Below are positions 19,851 to 30,695 of a stretch of DNA of 64,000 nucleotides, piece by piece (within the stretch, counting starts at the first letter, position 1; the number at the start of each line of letters is the position of its first letter). Location: contig CAXXJJ010000004.1 in assembly GCA_963667015.2 (NCBI GenBank), forward strand, positions 160,001 to 224,000. Reading direction: 5' to 3'. Origin of the DNA: Desulfatiglandales bacterium. GTDB lineage: Bacteria; Desulfobacterota; DSM-4660; Desulfatiglandales; HGW-15. The position numbers were made by a program, and so were the translations under genes. Below the pieces are notes generated by a model. The model saw nothing but the letters and a program-made list of their open reading frames with translations. It did not search any database and was not told where the DNA came from.

Positions 19851-20194
19851 ATCCAATTCCAAGTCGAATTTTTGAAACTTATTTATTTAATAAAATACCG
19901 GCATCAGCCGAAATATAAAACGTCTACCCTGGTGAACTTTATTTACTTGCAGGACTAAACAGGGAAATGATTATATGAATTGTTCTTTCAATTCATGTGT
20001 GTTCTACTTGATATATTTCGGTTTTGTCAATTTCTTTTAAAAAAAATTTTTATTTGGTATATTTACAAGTTGTTATTGCTATAAAAATTAAAAATAACCT
20101 TATTAAATTATGTGGTTTAAAATTTAGATAAAACAGGTTATGCAAAATATTATATATAATTATATTTCCGTTGAATTAATTAAAAGGTTATAAA

Positions 20195-21037
20195 ATGGAT
20201 TCAGATCAGCCTAATTTTCAATCACTTCGAATAATAAGGGACAACACACTCCTTATTTCCATTGCCAGCGAATATATTAGTGAGAATATATTCATGGAAA
20301 AATTCGGAAAAGAAATCAAAAAATGTCTCTCTGTTTTAAAAAATGACATTATTAGTCTTAAAAAACAGTTCCCGGGAAAATTTACCCAGGAAGTCAATAC
20401 TGATGGCATTATTTCCAGCTTTGAGAATACGGCAGAGGAAATGCTTTCCGGCAGCGAAGAAATTAAAAACAATTGCAGAACAGGAAAGCTTGCAAAATCC
20501 CTGGACACTGATGTTGACAAAATCACCGAAGCAATTGACAAAATCTGGCATCAGGTAAAGGGGAGTGACGTTAAATATACAACAAGCGATTCAATTGGTA
20601 CTTTTTTTGATCGTTTAAACATTTTTTCAGGTATCGCCAGCCTGCTTAAAGGAATTGTTAAAGTCCTGTTCATTATTGTAATAATCTTGCTGGCCGGATT
20701 CTCATATCTCTATTTTACCATGGAAAAGGAAGCCCCTATACTTGAGGAGAACAAGGAAATAATGGCTTTTATTGAAGAGGAAAAAATCGTTTTACAGGAA
20801 TTTGAGAATAAAAAGGCCGATGCTCAGAAGGAATTAAAGAAATATAAAAATAGTGAATTACTAAGGAAAGACAAGATAGCTATTCTTGACATTGAGACCA
20901 GAATTCAGGAGATTAACCAGGATATACACAAGATTGAAGGCCAGATTGATGCCCATAATAAAACCATGGAACAAAACAATGAAAAGATGGAAGCCATAAG
21001 AAGCAAGCCATTTCTGGACAAGCTTTTAAAACAGTAA
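20195..21037 (+). CDS. Hypothetical single-pass membrane protein with coiled-coil C-terminus
   Basis: 280-aa ORF, hydrophobic segment near aa 150-175, E/K/Q heptad-rich tail. Confidence 0.7.
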   Translation: MDSDQPNFQSLRIIRDNTLLISIASEYISENIFMEKFGKEIKKCLSVLKNDIISLKKQFPGKFTQEVNTDGIISSFENTAEEMLSGSEEIKNNCRTGKLAKSLDTDVDKITEAIDKIWHQVKGSDVKYTTSDSIGTFFDRLNIFSGIASLLKGIVKVLFIIVIILLAGFSYLYFTMEKEAPILEENKEIMAFIEEEKIVLQEFENKKADAQKELKKYKNSELLRKDKIAILDIETRIQEINQDIHKIEGQIDAHNKTMEQNNEKMEAIRSKPFLDKLLKQ

Positions 21038-21047
21038 ATAACATGAT

Positions 21048-22016
21048 TTATATCATATAATCTTTAAACTCACCCTTATCCCTAAAACATACCATGATGC
21101 TCTTTTTTGTGCCTTCATGATTTAATGCAATTTCGGTCTCACCTGATTTTGCATCACTGTATGCAACGGTCATAGATGCTGAGAGCATATCAGTTTCAGG
21201 TGACCTCTTTCCAGAGACATATACGACCGGGCCGGGAATAGTGATGGTATTAAAAAAATAACTTCTTTCACCAACGAGAGACAGTATTGTTTCATTTTCT
21301 TTCATATTTCTGCCAACCACAATCTTCGTGTCAGAGGATATGCGGAAATGTCTTCCAATTTTCAGGAGCTCTACCTCTTTTTTCAGGAGCTCTGAGCTGT
21401 TGTCCATAAGATCTTTCAATCTTCTGCTGAAAATTGGATCGGTTAGAAGGCAGCCGCCGGCAGGGCGGGGATAATCCGTCACATTTAATTTCTTTGCCAG
21501 TGAGATCTGGGGTTTTCTGGAACGACCGGATATATTTAACAGGCTTTTTTCATCAATCCATCCCTTGAGTTCAGGGATGGTTTTCGGCAGGAGTTTTGCC
21601 GAAAGCGGGCGCAGAATAAGACCCTTCATGGAGCTTTCTTTCTCAACTTTTGAAAGGGATACCATGGTCTGTGACATGGGGCGCTGACCGAGCACTTCAC
21701 CGCTTACAATAAAATCTGCATTTTCCTCTTCAAGCATCTCTCCAGCCAGTCTGAGCATAAGTGCATGACAGTCTATACACGGGTTCATATTCCCCCCGAA
21801 ACCATGTTTCGGATTCTTTAATAAGGAAAAATATATTTCCGTGATATCAACAACTTTAATGGGAAGGTTATTATTCCGTGCAGATTCAAGCGCCTTTTCG
21901 GGTGTAAAGAAAGGGGTGGTAAAAAACACAGGCATGACTTCAATTCCGGATTCCCGGACAAGGAGGGCTGCGAGGATGCTGTCCAGCCCCCCGGAAAAAA
22001 TGGAAATTGCCTTCAT
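21048..22016 (-). CDS. ThiI-like PP-loop tRNA sulfurtransferase family protein
   Basis: SGGLDS PP-loop, NPCIDC, GEVLGQRPMSQ, PAGGCLLTD, GRHFR. Confidence 0.85.
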   Translation of the reverse strand: MKAISIFSGGLDSILAALLVRESGIEVMPVFFTTPFFTPEKALESARNNNLPIKVVDITEIYFSLLKNPKHGFGGNMNPCIDCHALMLRLAGEMLEEENADFIVSGEVLGQRPMSQTMVSLSKVEKESSMKGLILRPLSAKLLPKTIPELKGWIDEKSLLNISGRSRKPQISLAKKLNVTDYPRPAGGCLLTDPIFSRRLKDLMDNSSELLKKEVELLKIGRHFRISSDTKIVVGRNMKENETILSLVGERSYFFNTITIPGPVVYVSGKRSPETDMLSASMTVAYSDAKSGETEIALNHEGTKKSIMVCFRDKGEFKDYMI

Positions 22017-22017
22017 C

Positions 22018-22959
22018 CTATAATCCCAGCTCGGAAAGCTTTTTTACGGTTTCCTCCTGTTTTTTTGTCAGGGTTTTAGGTGTTTCAATATTTACTGATA
22101 CATATGCATCACCGCGGTCTTTGCGGTTCATATGGGGAATGCCATATCCCTTGAGCCTAAATTTAGCGTTATTTTGTGTTCCCGGTGGAATTTTCAGTCG
22201 TAATGTCTTTTTATCAATGGTGGGCACATCAATATCAGTACCAAGTACTGCTTCGGTGAATTTGATATTTTTAGTAAATACAAGATCATCCCCGTCTCTT
22301 TTAAACAGAGGATGCTCTATAACCCTTATCTGGATATAAAGATCGCCAAATGGGCCTCCGTTTATACCCGGATTTCCCTTGCCGGCAAGTCTGAGTTTTT
22401 TACCGGTTGATATGCCGGCCGGAACCTTGACTGATATTTTTTCCTGATTTGAATTATCCCTGTGGTAAGCAATCAGTTTTTCCGAGTTTTCAATAGTATC
22501 TTCAAGGTTGATAGAGAGTTCATAAATAATGTCCTTGCCCTTTACAGGCTGAGGACGACTGTTGTGGCCTCCGAAAGGTCCGTTAAATGGAGACCCACCC
22601 CCCTTGAAGGAATTTCCGCCCATCCCTCCGAAGATATTTCCAAAATTGCCCCGGCCTCTTCCTCCAAAGCCGAATTCACTGAATATACTCCCAAAATCGA
22701 AATCCCGGAAAATATCTTCCTGAGAGAATTTATTCTGGAACCCTTCGGAACCAAACATGTCATATTGCTGCCTTTTTTCCTTATTGCTCAGGACTGCATA
22801 TGCCTCACTCACATCCTTGAACTTGCTTTCGGCTACTTTATCATCCTTATTGCGATCAGGATGGTATTTCATGGCTAGTTTTCGATATGCCTTTTTAATT
22901 TCATCATCTGTTGCAGTTTTCGAAACACCAAGTATTTTGTAATAATCTTTTCCTGACAT
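22018..22959 (-). CDS. DnaJ class II co-chaperone (CbpA-like)
   Basis: J domain DYYKILGV...HPD, G/F-rich linker, no Zn finger, DnaJ C-terminal domain. Confidence 0.92.
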   Translation of the reverse strand: MSGKDYYKILGVSKTATDDEIKKAYRKLAMKYHPDRNKDDKVAESKFKDVSEAYAVLSNKEKRQQYDMFGSEGFQNKFSQEDIFRDFDFGSIFSEFGFGGRGRGNFGNIFGGMGGNSFKGGGSPFNGPFGGHNSRPQPVKGKDIIYELSINLEDTIENSEKLIAYHRDNSNQEKISVKVPAGISTGKKLRLAGKGNPGINGGPFGDLYIQIRVIEHPLFKRDGDDLVFTKNIKFTEAVLGTDIDVPTIDKKTLRLKIPPGTQNNAKFRLKGYGIPHMNRKDRGDAYVSVNIETPKTLTKKQEETVKKLSELGL

Positions 22960-23056
22960 ATTAACCCCGGAATACATAATGAATTAAGCCTATTAGGTGC
23001 TCTAAAATAATCATAATTTTAATTGAGTCAAGTATGATCTGAAATCTCTGAAAATA

Positions 23057-23656
23057 CTATTTTCTCACGGAAGTAAGGCGATACTCAAAAGATACATTTA
23101 TATTAAGTCTTTTTACTGTAATGGAATCAGGGAAAGGAGGGAAGGGTGCCGCCCTCATAATAGTATCAATCCCTTCCTGATCAAGTAATTTAAACCCGGA
23201 TGACCCTGTAATTGCAGCTGTAATAAGCTGTCCATCCCGTGACAGACTGAAGATTGCATGGGATTTCCCTTCCATAAGCTGTTCCTTTGCTTTCCTGGGG
23301 TAGCCCCAGTATTCAGAAAGCCTTTTTTTAAGAAGCCTGGTATAGGAAATGTACCTTTTATCCTTGGTATCAAGGGATATGGTTTCTTCCGAATCTTTAT
23401 TTTCCTCTGTTAATTTTTTAAGGCTGTTTTCCTTTTCCAGTTGTTCCAGCATTTCCGAAGGGATGTCGTCAATAGCATCCCTTATAAGTTCAACTTTGTA
23501 AGTCTTAAGTTCGCTGGTTTGCCACAGTTCAGGCATGACCTGCTGAAAGGCTATAAAAAGAAGAATATGAGAAAAAAAGGATACTCCTAAGGCCACCTTT
23601 CTTATTCGGGAAGCATTAGTCAGGTTATTTGCTGTTTTTATTATTTTGAGATCCAT
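23057..23656 (-). CDS. TonB-family energy transducer (TonB C-terminal domain)
   Basis: N-terminal TM with S..H, then W.YP..A.....EG......DG.......SSG...LD......RAAPFPPFP. Confidence 0.8.
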   Translation of the reverse strand: MDLKIIKTANNLTNASRIRKVALGVSFFSHILLFIAFQQVMPELWQTSELKTYKVELIRDAIDDIPSEMLEQLEKENSLKKLTEENKDSEETISLDTKDKRYISYTRLLKKRLSEYWGYPRKAKEQLMEGKSHAIFSLSRDGQLITAAITGSSGFKLLDQEGIDTIMRAAPFPPFPDSITVKRLNINVSFEYRLTSVRK

Positions 23657-24215
23657 TTACCCACAGGTCAATTCTTTTATCAAACCACCATTCCGTATGA
23701 TCGGTCTGAAGAATTTCTTCAACCATTTCTTTTGATTTATCGTTAATAAGCCTTTTTTTTGCAAAGTAGAGCCATTCATCTGCATATTTGTTTCCCAGAT
23801 CCTTCTGCTGCTTGAGTTCAAGGATAAGATCAATCTGATCGGCATCTTTTGCAATAGATGCTTCTATAGAATCTCCCATATTGAATTCTTCAGTAAGATC
23901 TTTTATCTCATCACCAAAGGGAAGTCCGGCAGTCATATGAGAGACTGCCTTTTCTTCATTTACGGTGTTATAGCGCTTATTCACATAATTCTGGTCTCCT
24001 GTTCTTGCCTCATGAAGGTCATGAAAGAGACACATCAGAACTATCTTATCCCGGTCTGCACCCGGGATTTGACCTGCAAGGATATAGCCGATAACTGTCA
24101 TCCTGAAAGAATGATCAGCAACTGATTCACTGCCTGAGCCCAGAAACTGGTAGCCTGTCCGAGGTGTTTTTTTCAGCATGCCCACTTCAAAAAGAAAATT
24201 TGCTATATTTTTCAT
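23625..24215 (-). CDS. HD-domain hydrolase (YfbR-like 5'-deoxynucleotidase family)
   Basis: RTG...ESVADHS, HDLHEARTGD, DADQID. Confidence 0.85.
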   Translation of the reverse strand: MKNIANFLFEVGMLKKTPRTGYQFLGSGSESVADHSFRMTVIGYILAGQIPGADRDKIVLMCLFHDLHEARTGDQNYVNKRYNTVNEEKAVSHMTAGLPFGDEIKDLTEEFNMGDSIEASIAKDADQIDLILELKQQKDLGNKYADEWLYFAKKRLINDKSKEMVEEILQTDHTEWWFDKRIDLWVNGSQNNKNSK

Positions 24216-24363
24216 AATAAACACTCAATATGGAGATGCTTGAAAAATGTCAAGCATCATTTGAGCTTAACTCAACTTGATTTCTAATTAATAAGTATTT
24301 AATGTTTGGGTATTATGCTTATTTTGTAGTATAGACAATAAAAAAATAAATGGTGGTGATTCA

Positions 24364-24876
24364 ATGAGTGATATGCTGACTATATATAAATATCCAGACC
24401 CTGTGCTTAGGGCAAAGGCCCTGCCTATAGAGAATATAGACGGAAAACTCCAGGAATTGATCGATTCAATGACCGAAACTATGTACAAGGCCCCTGGAAT
24501 AGGTTTGGCTGCTCCTCAGGTAGGGGAATCAATTCGGCTTGTAGTATACGATGTTACACCTCCTGAAGAAGGTAATAGGATAAATGTAATTATTAATCCG
24601 GAGATAGTATCTTCCGAAGGTTCAATAGTATATGAAGAAGCATGCCTGAGTGTTTATGATTATTCCGCTGAGGTAACAAGAAATGAAAAAGTGCTGGTAA
24701 AGGCCCTTGATCGGGATGGGAATCCAGTTGAAATAGAGGCGGAGGGATTACATGCTGTATGCCTCCAGCATGAGATCGACCATCTTAATGGAATTCTCTT
24801 TATTGATCATATCAGCACCATAAAAAGATCCCTGTATAAAAAGCGTTTAAAAAAAATTCTCAAAAATAACCAGTAA
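24364..24876 (+). CDS. def: Peptide deformylase
   Basis: GIGLAAPQ, EACLS, QHEIDHLNG. Confidence 0.97.
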   Translation: MSDMLTIYKYPDPVLRAKALPIENIDGKLQELIDSMTETMYKAPGIGLAAPQVGESIRLVVYDVTPPEEGNRINVIINPEIVSSEGSIVYEEACLSVYDYSAEVTRNEKVLVKALDRDGNPVEIEAEGLHAVCLQHEIDHLNGILFIDHISTIKRSLYKKRLKKILKNNQ

Positions 24877-24885
24877 CAGGATATT

Positions 24886-25857
24886 ATGGAACAAAGTAAA
24901 GGTAACCTGTTTCCTCATAATCCGAATATTATCTATATGGGAACCCCGGATTTTGCCGTCCCTGCCCTTAAAAGCCTTTTAAATGAAGGTTACAATATAT
25001 CCGCAGTTGTAACCCAGCCTGATCGGCCAAAGGGAAGAGGGCGCAGCCTGACCTGTTCACCCGTAAAGGAAACTTCTCTTGAATATAATTTGAAGATTCT
25101 TCAGCCTGAGAATGTGAATGAACAGGGTTTTATTGATGAACTTAAAGCCTTGGCGCCCGATCTTTTCATTGTTGCCGCATTTGGACAGATACTTCATCGA
25201 TCTGTCCTTTCGGTACCCGGATATGGAGCTGTAAATATCCACGCATCGCTTTTACCCAGGTACAGGGGGGCAGCTCCCATACAGTGGGCCATACTGGATA
25301 ATGAACCTTTAACAGGCATAACTATTATGAAAATGGCAAGAGGGCTCGATAAGGGGCCCATCCTCCTCATGGATGAGGTAGCCATAAGAGAGAATGAAAC
25401 AGCCGGGCAGTTGTTTGACAGGCTGGCAGATATCTCGGGGGATGTGATAGTTAAGTTTCTTAAAGAGTCCGCAGGAAAGGAACTGGTTGGAGTTCCTCAG
25501 GATGATGCAAAGGCATCCTATGCCTCAAAGATTACAAAAGAGATGGCAGAGATAGATTGGAGCCGTGATGCCTTAAAGATTGCATCGCTCATAAGGGCCA
25601 TGGATCCTTTACCCGGAGCGGCTACGAACCTCGGTGGAAAAAAAATAAAACTGTTTTCACCGATTGTAACTGATAGTGAGGCAATCCATGAAAAACCAGG
25701 GAGGGTCATAACAGAAGATAAAAGCAGTTTTGTCGTTGAAACAGGCAAAGGCACAATAGCGATAGGAGAGATTCAGCTTCCCGGTAAAAAAAGGATATCA
25801 ATATCTGATTTCCTCCGGGGAAACAGGATTGAAAAAGATACGATGCTCAGGAGTTAA
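24886..25857 (+). CDS. fmt: Methionyl-tRNA formyltransferase
   Basis: MGTPDFA, TQPDRPKGRG, NIHASLLPRYRGAAPIQ. Confidence 0.97.
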   Translation: MEQSKGNLFPHNPNIIYMGTPDFAVPALKSLLNEGYNISAVVTQPDRPKGRGRSLTCSPVKETSLEYNLKILQPENVNEQGFIDELKALAPDLFIVAAFGQILHRSVLSVPGYGAVNIHASLLPRYRGAAPIQWAILDNEPLTGITIMKMARGLDKGPILLMDEVAIRENETAGQLFDRLADISGDVIVKFLKESAGKELVGVPQDDAKASYASKITKEMAEIDWSRDALKIASLIRAMDPLPGAATNLGGKKIKLFSPIVTDSEAIHEKPGRVITEDKSSFVVETGKGTIAIGEIQLPGKKRISISDFLRGNRIEKDTMLRS

Positions 25858-25921
25858 TTATTGTCCCCGGGTAATCTTTTAGACTGTTAGACCAGTAAAC
25901 CGGACATATATCAGGCATAAC

Positions 25922-26698
25922 ATGGATACAAGTGAAGACAGAAACAGCAGAACGCGTGACAGAAACAGATTTATACTGCTTCTGCTATTGACCTGTGCAG
26001 CCCTTACAGGATCAGCGGTCCTACTTTGGTGGATACCATATGTCGGTTTCAGGAACATTCATCCTAAACTGCCGGCCGTTATGGCAGTGGTCTTTGCCTT
26101 TGGTGTACTGTTTTTGATCGGTGGAGGTTTTACCCTCATATTCACCATATTAAGAGGAAAAAACCTGTTCTTTAATAGACGTATACGGGGTGTTGTGATC
26201 AGGTTTTTATTCCCAATGCTGGTGGTTATGGGAAAACTTATAGGGATCAAAAAGGACCAGGTAAGGAGATCCTTCATTGAAATTAATAACCAGCTTGTTT
26301 TAAATGAGGCAAAAAAGGTAAGGCCCGAAAGGCTACTCATCCTGCTTCCCCATTGCCTTCAGTTTCATGAATGCCGCGTAAGGATTACGGGCAATATTGA
26401 AAACTGTAAAAAGTGCGGTAAATGCAAGATTAAGGATCTGGTAGATCTTATGGAAAAATACAACGTGCCGATCTCTGTGGCTACAGGCGGAACACTTGCA
26501 AGAAGGATAGTTGTTGAAAAAAAACCTCATATAATAATCGGAGTGGCATGTGAAAGGGATCTTACAAGCGGCATTCAGGACAGCTTTCCCATTCCGGTCT
26601 ATGGAATACTGAACAGAAGACCGTTTGGACCATGCTTTGATACTGATATTGACATAGAGAAGGTTGAAAAGGCCGTAAGGGTGTTTCTTGGGAATTAA
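25922..26698 (+). CDS. DUF116 family membrane protein
   Basis: LLPHCLQ, C..CGKC, ATGGT.AR, GVACERDL, PC.DT. Confidence 0.85.
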   Translation: MDTSEDRNSRTRDRNRFILLLLLTCAALTGSAVLLWWIPYVGFRNIHPKLPAVMAVVFAFGVLFLIGGGFTLIFTILRGKNLFFNRRIRGVVIRFLFPMLVVMGKLIGIKKDQVRRSFIEINNQLVLNEAKKVRPERLLILLPHCLQFHECRVRITGNIENCKKCGKCKIKDLVDLMEKYNVPISVATGGTLARRIVVEKKPHIIIGVACERDLTSGIQDSFPIPVYGILNRRPFGPCFDTDIDIEKVEKAVRVFLGN

Positions 26699-28055
26699 AG
26701 AGGACAAACCAAGGGAGCTTGCCCTTAAGACACTTGTTGATCTTGATAAATCCGAATCCTATACCGGAAATTATCTTGAGGATATATTCAGGGACAATAC
26801 AGGGTTTGACGAGAGAGACAGGGCCTTTATCAGCAACCTTATTCAGGGTGTTGTACGCTGGAGGCTCCGGCTTGATTGGATAATCGGTCAGTTCTCAAAA
26901 ACACCTGTAAAAAAGATTGACCGGACAATACTCAATATACTTCGTCTTGCCGTGTATCAGATAATGTTTCTTGACAGGGTTCCGGATTCAGCCGCAGTGG
27001 ATAGGGCTGTTGAGCAGGTAAAGGCGCAAAAGGGACATCAGCACATTGTTTCCTTTGTTAATGGTGTATTAAGAAATATATGCCGCAACGAAGACAGCAT
27101 CACCTTTCCCGGAAAGGCCAAGGCACCTGTAAAATATCTAAGCACCTATTACTCATTTCCTTTATGGCTTGCCGAGCGGTGTCTTGATGAATTCGGCAGA
27201 GATATTACCGAAGCATTGTTTAATGCCCAGAATCAATTTCCACACCTCAATATCCGTGCAAACAGGCTAAAGACTGACAGGGATACGCTGATAAAAACGC
27301 TTGAGGATGAAGGGATAAATGGAATACCCGGAGAGTATTCACCAGAATGCATTATTCTTACCAGCTTCAGCGGAAGGATAGAAAGGCTTTCATCCTTTAA
27401 AAAAGGTCTTTTTCAGGTGCAGGATCAGGCTGCACAAACAGTATCATGGCTGCTGAATCCCCAGCCTGATGAGGAGATCCTTGATGTATGCGCAGGCCTC
27501 GGAGGAAAGACAACCCATCTGCAGGAACTCATGGGCGGAAGAGGAAAAGTGACCGCCCTTGATACGGATAAAAAGAGACTTACAGGGCTAAAGGAATCTG
27601 CACGAAGACTTGGCCTGTCAGGCATCAGGACCGTGACAGCAGATGCAGCCTCATCTCTTTCGACTGTACTTGGGCAGACATATGACAGGGTGCTTGTTGA
27701 TGCCCCGTGCAGCGGCCTGGGCACCATTGCAAGGCATCCCGATATTAAGTGGAACAGGATGGAGCCGGATGTAAAGAGGATATCAAGGCTTCAGAAAAAG
27801 ATACTTGAGAATTCAGCCGGAGTTGTAAAAAAGGGAGGACTTCTCCTGTATGCCGTATGTACCTATACAAGAGAAGAAAACAGGACAGTCGTTGATAATT
27901 TCCTGACGAGGTCCGGGGAATTCTCTCTGGTAAATCTTAAAGAAAAAATACCTGAATGGGCGGCAAACCTTATTGACAATGACGGCTTTTTCAGGTCTTA
28001 TCCTCACCAGCATAAAATGGACGGGTTTTTCGCGGCCCTCCTTGAAAAGAAATAA
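26688..28055 (+). CDS. rsmB: 16S rRNA m5C967 methyltransferase RsmB
   Basis: NusB-like N-terminus, QD.AAQ, DVCAGLGGKT, DAPCSGLG, CT...EEN. Confidence 0.95.
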   Translation: MGIKEDKPRELALKTLVDLDKSESYTGNYLEDIFRDNTGFDERDRAFISNLIQGVVRWRLRLDWIIGQFSKTPVKKIDRTILNILRLAVYQIMFLDRVPDSAAVDRAVEQVKAQKGHQHIVSFVNGVLRNICRNEDSITFPGKAKAPVKYLSTYYSFPLWLAERCLDEFGRDITEALFNAQNQFPHLNIRANRLKTDRDTLIKTLEDEGINGIPGEYSPECIILTSFSGRIERLSSFKKGLFQVQDQAAQTVSWLLNPQPDEEILDVCAGLGGKTTHLQELMGGRGKVTALDTDKKRLTGLKESARRLGLSGIRTVTADAASSLSTVLGQTYDRVLVDAPCSGLGTIARHPDIKWNRMEPDVKRISRLQKKILENSAGVVKKGGLLLYAVCTYTREENRTVVDNFLTRSGEFSLVNLKEKIPEWAANLIDNDGFFRSYPHQHKMDGFFAALLEKK

Positions 28056-28076
28056 TAATCTGTAAGGAGAAAATAA

Positions 28077-28733
28077 ATGGGAAAAATAGCGCCATCAATA
28101 TTGTCAGCCGATTTCGCACGACTGGGAGAAGAAGTAACGGCCGTGGAAAAAGCGGGTGCTGATTATATTCATATAGATGTCATGGATGGGCATTTTGTCC
28201 CCAATATCACAATTGGTCCGTTGGTAGTTGAGGGAGTAAAAAAGGTTACCTCCCTTCCTCTTGATGTGCATCTTATGATCGCGAATCCTGATCAATATAT
28301 TAACGACTTTGCAAAGGCCGGGGCCGATATAATAACAGTGCATGTAGAGGCGGTTAATCACCTTCACAGATCCATCCAGCTGATACGGGATGCCGGGTGT
28401 AAAACCGCTGTATCCCTTAATCCGGCTACGCCTCTTGAATCAATAGAATATGTGATGGATGATCTTGATATGGTCCTTATTATGACTGTTAATCCCGGTT
28501 TTGGCGGTCAGAAGTTTATTTTCGAGATGCTTCCCAAGATAAAAAGACTCAGGGAAATGATAGTCTCCAGAGGCCTTTACATAGATATAGAGGTTGATGG
28601 AGGTGTTAATTCAAAGACAATAGGGGAAGTATCTGCTGCAGGTGCAAATATCTTTGTTGCAGGTTCTGCAGTCTTTAATGCAGATGATTATGCAGAGGCA
28701 ATAAGGTGTATCAGGGAAGGAATGATCGAATAA
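28077..28733 (+). CDS. rpe: Ribulose-phosphate 3-epimerase
   Basis: [37 protein letters not shown]. Confidence 0.97.
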   Translation: MGKIAPSILSADFARLGEEVTAVEKAGADYIHIDVMDGHFVPNITIGPLVVEGVKKVTSLPLDVHLMIANPDQYINDFAKAGADIITVHVEAVNHLHRSIQLIRDAGCKTAVSLNPATPLESIEYVMDDLDMVLIMTVNPGFGGQKFIFEMLPKIKRLREMIVSRGLYIDIEVDGGVNSKTIGEVSAAGANIFVAGSAVFNADDYAEAIRCIREGMIE

Positions 28734-28826
28734 TACTATTTTAATAAAAAACGGGTAAAAAAAGTTCATTTTACCCTTGATATTTTTCGGGTGTGCAATT
28801 ATTATACGCAACTTAAAAGTTTTCAA

Positions 28827-28920
28827 GGAGAGATGGCCGAGTCGGCTGAAGGCGCGCGCCTGCTAAGCGTGTGTAGGGTTTAAAGCCCTACCGAGGGTTC
28901 GAATCCCTCTCTCTCCGCCA
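28827..28920 (+). tRNA. tRNA-Ser(GCT)
   Basis: GGAGAGA...TCTCTCCGCCA acceptor, anticodon loop CT-GCT-AA, long variable arm, GTTCGAATC. Confidence 0.97.
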
Positions 28921-28929
28921 TAAAAAAAC

Positions 28930-28968
28930 AACGGGTTAATTGATTAGATTATTTTCAATTAACCCGTT
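28930..28968. terminator. Inverted repeat / terminator between convergent genes
   Basis: AACGGGTTAATTGA ... TCAATTAACCCGTT flanked by A/T tracts. Confidence 0.7.
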
Positions 28969-28995
28969 TTTATTTTCAGTGATTTATATAAACTA

Positions 28996-29670
28996 TTAAT
29001 AGTATGTAGATCTTTTTTTGGCCTGTCTTCCCAGTATTGACCCTATTATCAGGCCAAACAGTAGAACCACTGCACCGGTGCCGAACCAGAGGTAGCCTTG
29101 TGATTTTTTAATAGATTCATTTTCCTCTTGAACCTCATTCAATTCTTCCTCGGTTGCCTTCAATTTTATAAGATTTTCGTCATATTCCGCTTTTAGAGTT
29201 AAATATTCAGAAGATGCACTTTTAAGTGATTCATATTCCTTCTTTAAAGATGTTAACTCGCTATTGGTTTGATTATATTGGGCAGTAATATCTTTTTTAT
29301 CCTTTTCAGTAGATACCTGGTCTTTATTGAGTCTTGAGAGGCTTTCCTTGAGTTTCTGGTTTTCATCCGAAAGGGTTTTAGCCTGAGTTTCATATGGAAC
29401 CCTCTCCATCAGATATTGATTGAGAACCCAGCCTTCCAACTCTGCACCGTTACTCATGATTGCCCTAACATGACTCCATTTTTCCTGTTCTTCCAGTATA
29501 TCCAGTGCCTGGCCGGAACTCAGTATCCTTAAGATCTTGTTATCTGTGCTTGGTCCGGTCCTCAGGGTTATTGTAAATGTATCCGACACATACAGCCTGT
29601 CGGATGCCATAGATTGTGATGTAAAATAAAATATCATAAGAAACACAATAATGAATTTCAATTTTTTCAT
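28996..29670 (-). CDS. SH3-domain coiled-coil membrane protein (YgiM/TIGR04211-like)
   Basis: Signal peptide, YVSD...LRTGPS...I...L.SG...EGWV, coiled coil, C-terminal TM; ATG 29670 after a GGA SD. Confidence 0.85.
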   Translation of the reverse strand: MKKLKFIIVFLMIFYFTSQSMASDRLYVSDTFTITLRTGPSTDNKILRILSSGQALDILEEQEKWSHVRAIMSNGAELEGWVLNQYLMERVPYETQAKTLSDENQKLKESLSRLNKDQVSTEKDKKDITAQYNQTNSELTSLKKEYESLKSASSEYLTLKAEYDENLIKLKATEEELNEVQEENESIKKSQGYLWFGTGAVVLLFGLIIGSILGRQAKKRSTYY

Positions 29671-29926
29671 ATATATTTCCTTTATATAGGATTGATAACT
29701 ACTTAACGTTTGTGGATTCAAAAGTGGACATTTGCTACAAATACCAATATTCCACTGTACCTGTCAAGGAGAGTAATAGGCTGATTTAGGACTTGTATTT
29801 AATATTAATTTTCTGTGGATATAGGGTTTATCGTTACTGATATAGCTGACTAATTCACACGTTTATTTAAAATATCAATCTAAAAAGAGCCTCTGAAAGA
29901 GGCGGCATATTCATAAAACATGTTTT

Positions 29927-30415
29927 TCATTTTCCACAGCATTTTTTATATTTTTTACCGCTTCCGCATGGGCAAGGTTCATTTCTACCTACCTTGGGCG
30001 CTTCACGTTTTACCTGCTTAGGTTTGGGTACAATACCATCCATAAAAATCCATTTTCCGTCAATTTTTTCAAATGAGGCAAGCTCATGATGCCGAACTTC
30101 CTGGTTATCCTGTTTAAAGCGGGCAATAAATTCTACCGTCCCCTTATCATCAGCAGGGCTTCCGTCAACAGTTTCAATTATCTCAAGTCCCTGCCACTCG
30201 GAATTACTTGACCAGTCGGTTGTTTCTTCATGGTTGAAATCCCTTTGCTGATCAGGTGAAACAGTATTGTAAAGATAATCAACCTCTGTCTTTACAAAGG
30301 CACTGTACCGGGCTCTCATCAATGATTCTGCTGTATCAGCATCCTTAAGACCTTGAATAAGGGGCTGACAGCACTCATCATAGGATTTATCACTGCCGCA
30401 GGGACATTTTTCCAT
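29927..30415 (-). CDS. YchJ family protein with SEC-C motifs
   Basis: CPCGS...[20 protein letters not shown]-terminal [18 protein letters not shown]. Confidence 0.9.
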   Translation of the reverse strand: MEKCPCGSDKSYDECCQPLIQGLKDADTAESLMRARYSAFVKTEVDYLYNTVSPDQQRDFNHEETTDWSSNSEWQGLEIIETVDGSPADDKGTVEFIARFKQDNQEVRHHELASFEKIDGKWIFMDGIVPKPKQVKREAPKVGRNEPCPCGSGKKYKKCCGK

Positions 30416-30573
30416 ATTATATTTCTCCTGAATAAAATTGGTTATGAACACTGTTTTAAATAATGCGATGGTATCTATAATAGGTATGAATAATTTATGT
30501 CAAGGAAAAGAATGATAAATTTATTGCTTGATATTTTGTTTTAATCGTAATATATGATGCTCCAAAACCTTAT

Positions 30574-30659
30574 GGAGGAATGGCCGAGTGGTTTAAGGCG
30601 GCGGTCTTGAAAACCGTTGAACGAAAGTTCCGTGGGTTCGAATCCTACTTCCTCCGCCA
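30574..30659 (+). tRNA. tRNA-Ser(TGA)
   Basis: GGAGGAA...TTCCTCCGCCA, anticodon loop CT-TGA-AA, GTTCGAATC. Confidence 0.97.
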
Positions 30660-30695
30660 CTTCAAAATTATTTAACTTCCCTTTAATAGATAAAA